From contig CM119372.1 in NCBI GenBank assembly GCA_051294905.1, positions 620,001 through 684,000 of the forward strand: a stretch of 64,000 bases of DNA, in the 5' to 3' direction. Position numbers and translations under genes: made by a program. Source of the DNA: Botryllus schlosseri. Taxonomy: Eukaryota. This document shows positions 63,852 to 64,000 of the stretch, piece by piece. The notes beneath the pieces are model-generated. The model did no database searches, was not told where the DNA came from, and was given only the letters and a program-made list of their open reading frames with translations. How positions within the stretch are numbered: position 1 is the first letter of the stretch; the number at the start of each line of letters is the position of its first letter.

Positions 63852-64000
63852 ATACATCAATAAATGCTTCGACGCTGCATCATTGATTGATGATTAGTGT
63901 GGGGTTTCGTGACCAGGTCTATGGGGCAAGCAAATTGTCTGTTGATATACCAGCAAATCGGGCATAATAATACTGTGATTGTGCCGTGATTACGTAGTAC

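Larger units (their letters stand above)
56705..64000 (+). mobile_element. EnSpm/CACTA DNA transposon (right end beyond window)
   Basis: Left terminus CACTGTTAGAAAAATCCGTAAATTTAC with repeated CGTAAATT / AATTTAC subterminal motifs, followed by transposase and ORF2. Confidence 0.85.

Overview
Eukaryotic, AT-rich animal genomic DNA with many 55-70 bp introns. A tunicate/ascidian origin is plausible but is inference only. About 53 kb is one minus-strand gene running off the left edge. I traced 61 in-frame GT-AG coding exons encoding a signal peptide, one VWA domain with a degenerate MIDAS and at least 32 fibronectin type III domains. Its introns are packed with hAT-type MITEs (several with 8-bp TSDs), foldback elements, LINE tails and tandem repeats. 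The right end (from 56705) is an EnSpm/CACTA transposon with a transposase carrying one in-frame stop and an intact 5-exon second gene. The most striking unannotated signal is a ~175-nt dispersed repeat, about 14 copies and often in inverted pairs. It carries a minimal type I hammerhead ribozyme (ACCC-CUGACGA-G[UGUCAGC]C-GAAA-AUAU-UC-GGGU) with a palindromic loop III and a candidate loop II pseudoknot. One perfect copy lies in the sense orientation of the host pre-mRNA.
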